NCBI GenBank assembly: GCA_951406725.2
Contig: OX597816.1
Coordinates: 10,416,001-10,480,000, forward strand
DNA from: Octopus vulgaris
Taxonomy: Eukaryota
DNA: 64,000 bases
Direction: 5' to 3'
Below the pieces are notes generated by a model. The model saw only the letters and a list, made by a program, of their open reading frames with translations. It was not told where the DNA came from and searched no databases. The stretch's first letter is position 1. Every line of letters starts with the position of its first letter. This document shows, one piece after another, positions 61,263 to 64,000 of the stretch. A program made the position numbers and the translations under genes.

Positions 61263-61409
61263 TTATATATAAAATACTACACTTAGCTGTCATTTTTTAT
61301 GACACCGGATCAACTAGTATTGCAAATGAATGACACTGCTTGTGTGACAATGCCACTCACAACTGTCCATACAATAACAGTTGGTGAGCATCACCATTAT
61401 GTCCAAGTA

Positions 61410-61700
61410 TGTAGCTTAGTAATTTGGGCATTCTGCTCATGATTGTAAGGCCGTGGGTTCAATTCCTGGTGACTTATCTCCCTGAGCAAGACACTTCATT
61501 TCATATTGCTCCAGTCCACTCCAGCTGGCTAAAACGAGTTATACCAGTAATTCAAACGGGGCCAGCCTTGTCACATTTTGTGTCACCCTCAGTCTCCCTG
61601 AGAACTATGTTAAGAGTCCACATTGTCCGTGGAGTGCTCAGTGACTTGTATGTTAACATCACGAGCAACCTCTTCCATTGATTGAATCGACTGAAACAAT
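61410..61700 (+). mobile_element. SINE family D
   Basis: tagcttagtaa..gggttcaattcc..ctgagcaagacact..gggccagccttgtcaca..gtggagtgctcag. Confidence 0.78.
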
Positions 61701-61924
61701 TGTGTTCTAACTCAACCGAGACCCAGGCAATATTACATAAACAAATCCACACCATACATTAGACTGTATCTACTCGACCATACCGGCTATGATATTGTAA
61801 TATCAACAAATCTCACACAATCCAATATAATCTGGTACAATTACTAATACAACATTTAGCCTTTAATATTTAGACTACATATCTAGGATGTGTACTTAAC
61901 CACATTTTCTAATTGCACTGTATA

Positions 61925-62405
61925 CTTTACATATATACATATATAATATCAATATATATCTACTCATACATCTATATGCATACATATATGCATATATCTA
62001 TCTATATCTATATGCATATATCTATCTATATTTATATGCATATATCTATCTATATTTATATGCATATATCTATGTATATCTATATGTATATCTATATGCA
62101 TATATCTATCTATATCTATATACATATATCTATCTATCTATCTATATCTATATACATATATATATCTATCTATATATCTATATATATATACATGCTTATA
62201 TATATATGTACATATGCCTCTCTCTTTGTGTGTATATACATACGTATACATATATATACTATATACATGCTTATATATATATGTACATATGCCTCTCTCT
62301 CTCTCTCACTGTATATACATACATATACATACATACATACATATATATATATATATACACATATATACACTTACATAGCTTACACACGCACACGCATGCA
62401 CACAC
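61925..62405. repeat. Compound TA/TCTA/CATA microsatellite
   Basis: Direct inspection. Confidence 0.93.
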
Positions 62406-62916
62406 AAACAATAAACTTTTTGACAATAGCTTATGATAATTTGTGTTTTAATGATATTCAACATATTCGATATGAATAATTGAAGTAAATATTGATACAA
62501 CTAAGCAAATACTGAATTTATATTGTGTCCTCAGCAGAAAGATTTATTTCCCCAAAGAGATAGGTAATTAAATTCTACTTCTCAAGGTTTCACTTAATGA
62601 ATATATTCAATCATGTTGTCTTTCGTTTATTCTCTTCTCTTGAAATCATACACTAAACACAGCATTTTAGCAATTATATTAATGTCTCTGTGGTTGAGTA
62701 GAGAGACTGCTTAGCTACAGAGATACTGCAGTCAAGATTCTAACTTTGGGGAAATAGTATTGTGTCATAAATATTTAGCCAGCCGTCGACTGCCTACGGT
62801 ACTGGCGGAAACCGAAAGAGTGTGACGTGTGTTGTCGTCATTTTATTGCATTTAGCTTCAATCAGCTGTGCAGGTTAGACAGTGTGAACTCGTTAAGGAA
62901 CTGTCTGCCTGATCTT

Positions 62917-63192
62917 CATCATCATCATCGTTCGACCGTGGTCGAGACAATGGAATTTACTATGTTACGCTAGACTTCACGGTCCATTATAGCATTACGG
63001 AGGTCCTGTTGCTGGATGCCTGTATCCCTGGTGATTACATCAGGGTAGGAGAGTGTGAGCCCTCTGGTATCGCAAGCAGATGGCTTCCAGAGGAGAAGAG
63101 TAGAAATTACCTCGTTTTCAGCTCTACAACAATGTCCAGCAAACTGGACTCTTCTACCTTTCACAAGAGATAATACAGGTGGTAGTTTCCCC
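62917..63192 (-). mobile_element. RTE-group LINE 3' end (second family) with (GAT)n tail
   Basis: GKLPPVLSLVKGRRVQFAGHCCRAENEVISTLLLWKP...DLRNAIMDREV matches the RTE-group motif RR..FAGHC.R......LLLW.P......MxDR. Confidence 0.85.
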
Positions 63193-63334
63193 TGATCTTA
63201 TAGTTTCAGGTTCTCTCTCACTATGCAGTACAAACTTGGGCAAGTGTTTTCTGCTCTAGTCCTGGGCTAAGCAAAACCTTCTGAGTGGATTTGGTTGAGA
63301 GGAAACTGAAAGAAGCCTGTTGCTTATATATACA

Positions 63335-63635
63335 CAACTAATGAATATAAGAGGCCTGCTGCAAAACAACAGCAAATGTCAAATAGTGCACCTGAAGAAT
63401 CTTTCTGCATGCAATCAAGCTATATGCATAGCACTTACAGAAACACACCTATCTGCAGGCATAAGTGATGTGGAGATGCACATACAAATGCATGCTATCT
63501 TCCGTACAGATGAAAGAAAAAGAAGTCACGGTGCAGTTGCAATGTACATCCGCGAAGATGTCACACCATTAACCCTGTTATCAAACTCGAACTTGGTGTG
63601 TGACTCACTCATAGTACATCTAAAGCAACTTGATA
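63335..63635 (+). pseudogene. LINE APE endonuclease N-terminal fragment
   Basis: LMNIRGL...ICIALTETHL...IFRTDERKRSHGAVAMYIREDV matches APE motifs N.RGL, LTETWL, R.DR...GGVA.YI. Confidence 0.85.
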
Positions 63636-63639
63636 TGGA

Positions 63640-64000
63640 AGCACTCCATCGGTTATGATGACGAGGGTTCCGGTTGATCCGATCAACGGAACAGCCTGCT
63701 CGTGAAATTAACGTGTAAGTGGCTGAGCACTCCACAGACACGTGTACCCTTAACGTGGTTCTCGGGGATATACAGCGTGACACAGAGAGTGACAAGGCCG
63801 GCCCTTTGAAATACAGGTACAACAGAAACAGGAAGTAAGAGTGAGAGAAAGTTGTGGTGAAAGAGTGCAGCAGGGGTCACCACCATCCCCTGCCAGAGTC
63901 TCGTGGAGCTTTAGGTGTTTTCACTCAATAAACACTCACAATAAACACTGGGAATCGAAACCGCGATCCTACGACTGCGAGTCCGCTGCCCTAACCACTG
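63640..64000 (-). mobile_element. SINE with a family C head (runs off the window edge) and a family D tail
   Basis: 63830-64000 matches the heads at 38390-38560 and 45541-45690; 63640-63815 matches the family D tail at 23020-23140 and 61545-61690. Confidence 0.85.

Overview
AT-rich, repeat-saturated eukaryotic DNA. The repeat families (tRNA-derived SINEs, RTE/CR1/R4 LINE pieces, TA/CA microsatellites) point to an octopus/coleoid cephalopod genome, which is an inference from recall. There is no complete protein-coding gene. Nearly all long ORFs in the track translate microsatellites, minisatellites or SINEs. The window reads like a very large intron or intergenic region, with one candidate 47-nt minus-strand exon (1541-1587) and one candidate recursive splice site (about 19638). 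Recognisable decayed coding fragments all come from mobile elements: Tc1 DD34E, maT-like, mariner, piggyBac-like, CR1/L2, RTE, R4/Dong REL, an APE domain, and Penelope-like RT and GIY-YIG. The most notable signal is six sequence-unrelated minimal type-I hammerhead ribozyme motifs (about 8003, 14695, 15043, 31342, 40365, 41463). One lies in a tRNA-headed SINE with a Penelope-style inverted tail, and another lies in a 426-bp terminally redundant retrozyme-like unit. Other oddities are a 6x tandem array of an RTE 3' UTR, a ~17x 66-bp VNTR inside that UTR family, SINE head/tail shuffling and many inverted SINE pairs. All calls were made by eye. Repeat boundaries are approximate (about 10-30 bp), and family names need Repbase/Dfam/Rfam confirmation.
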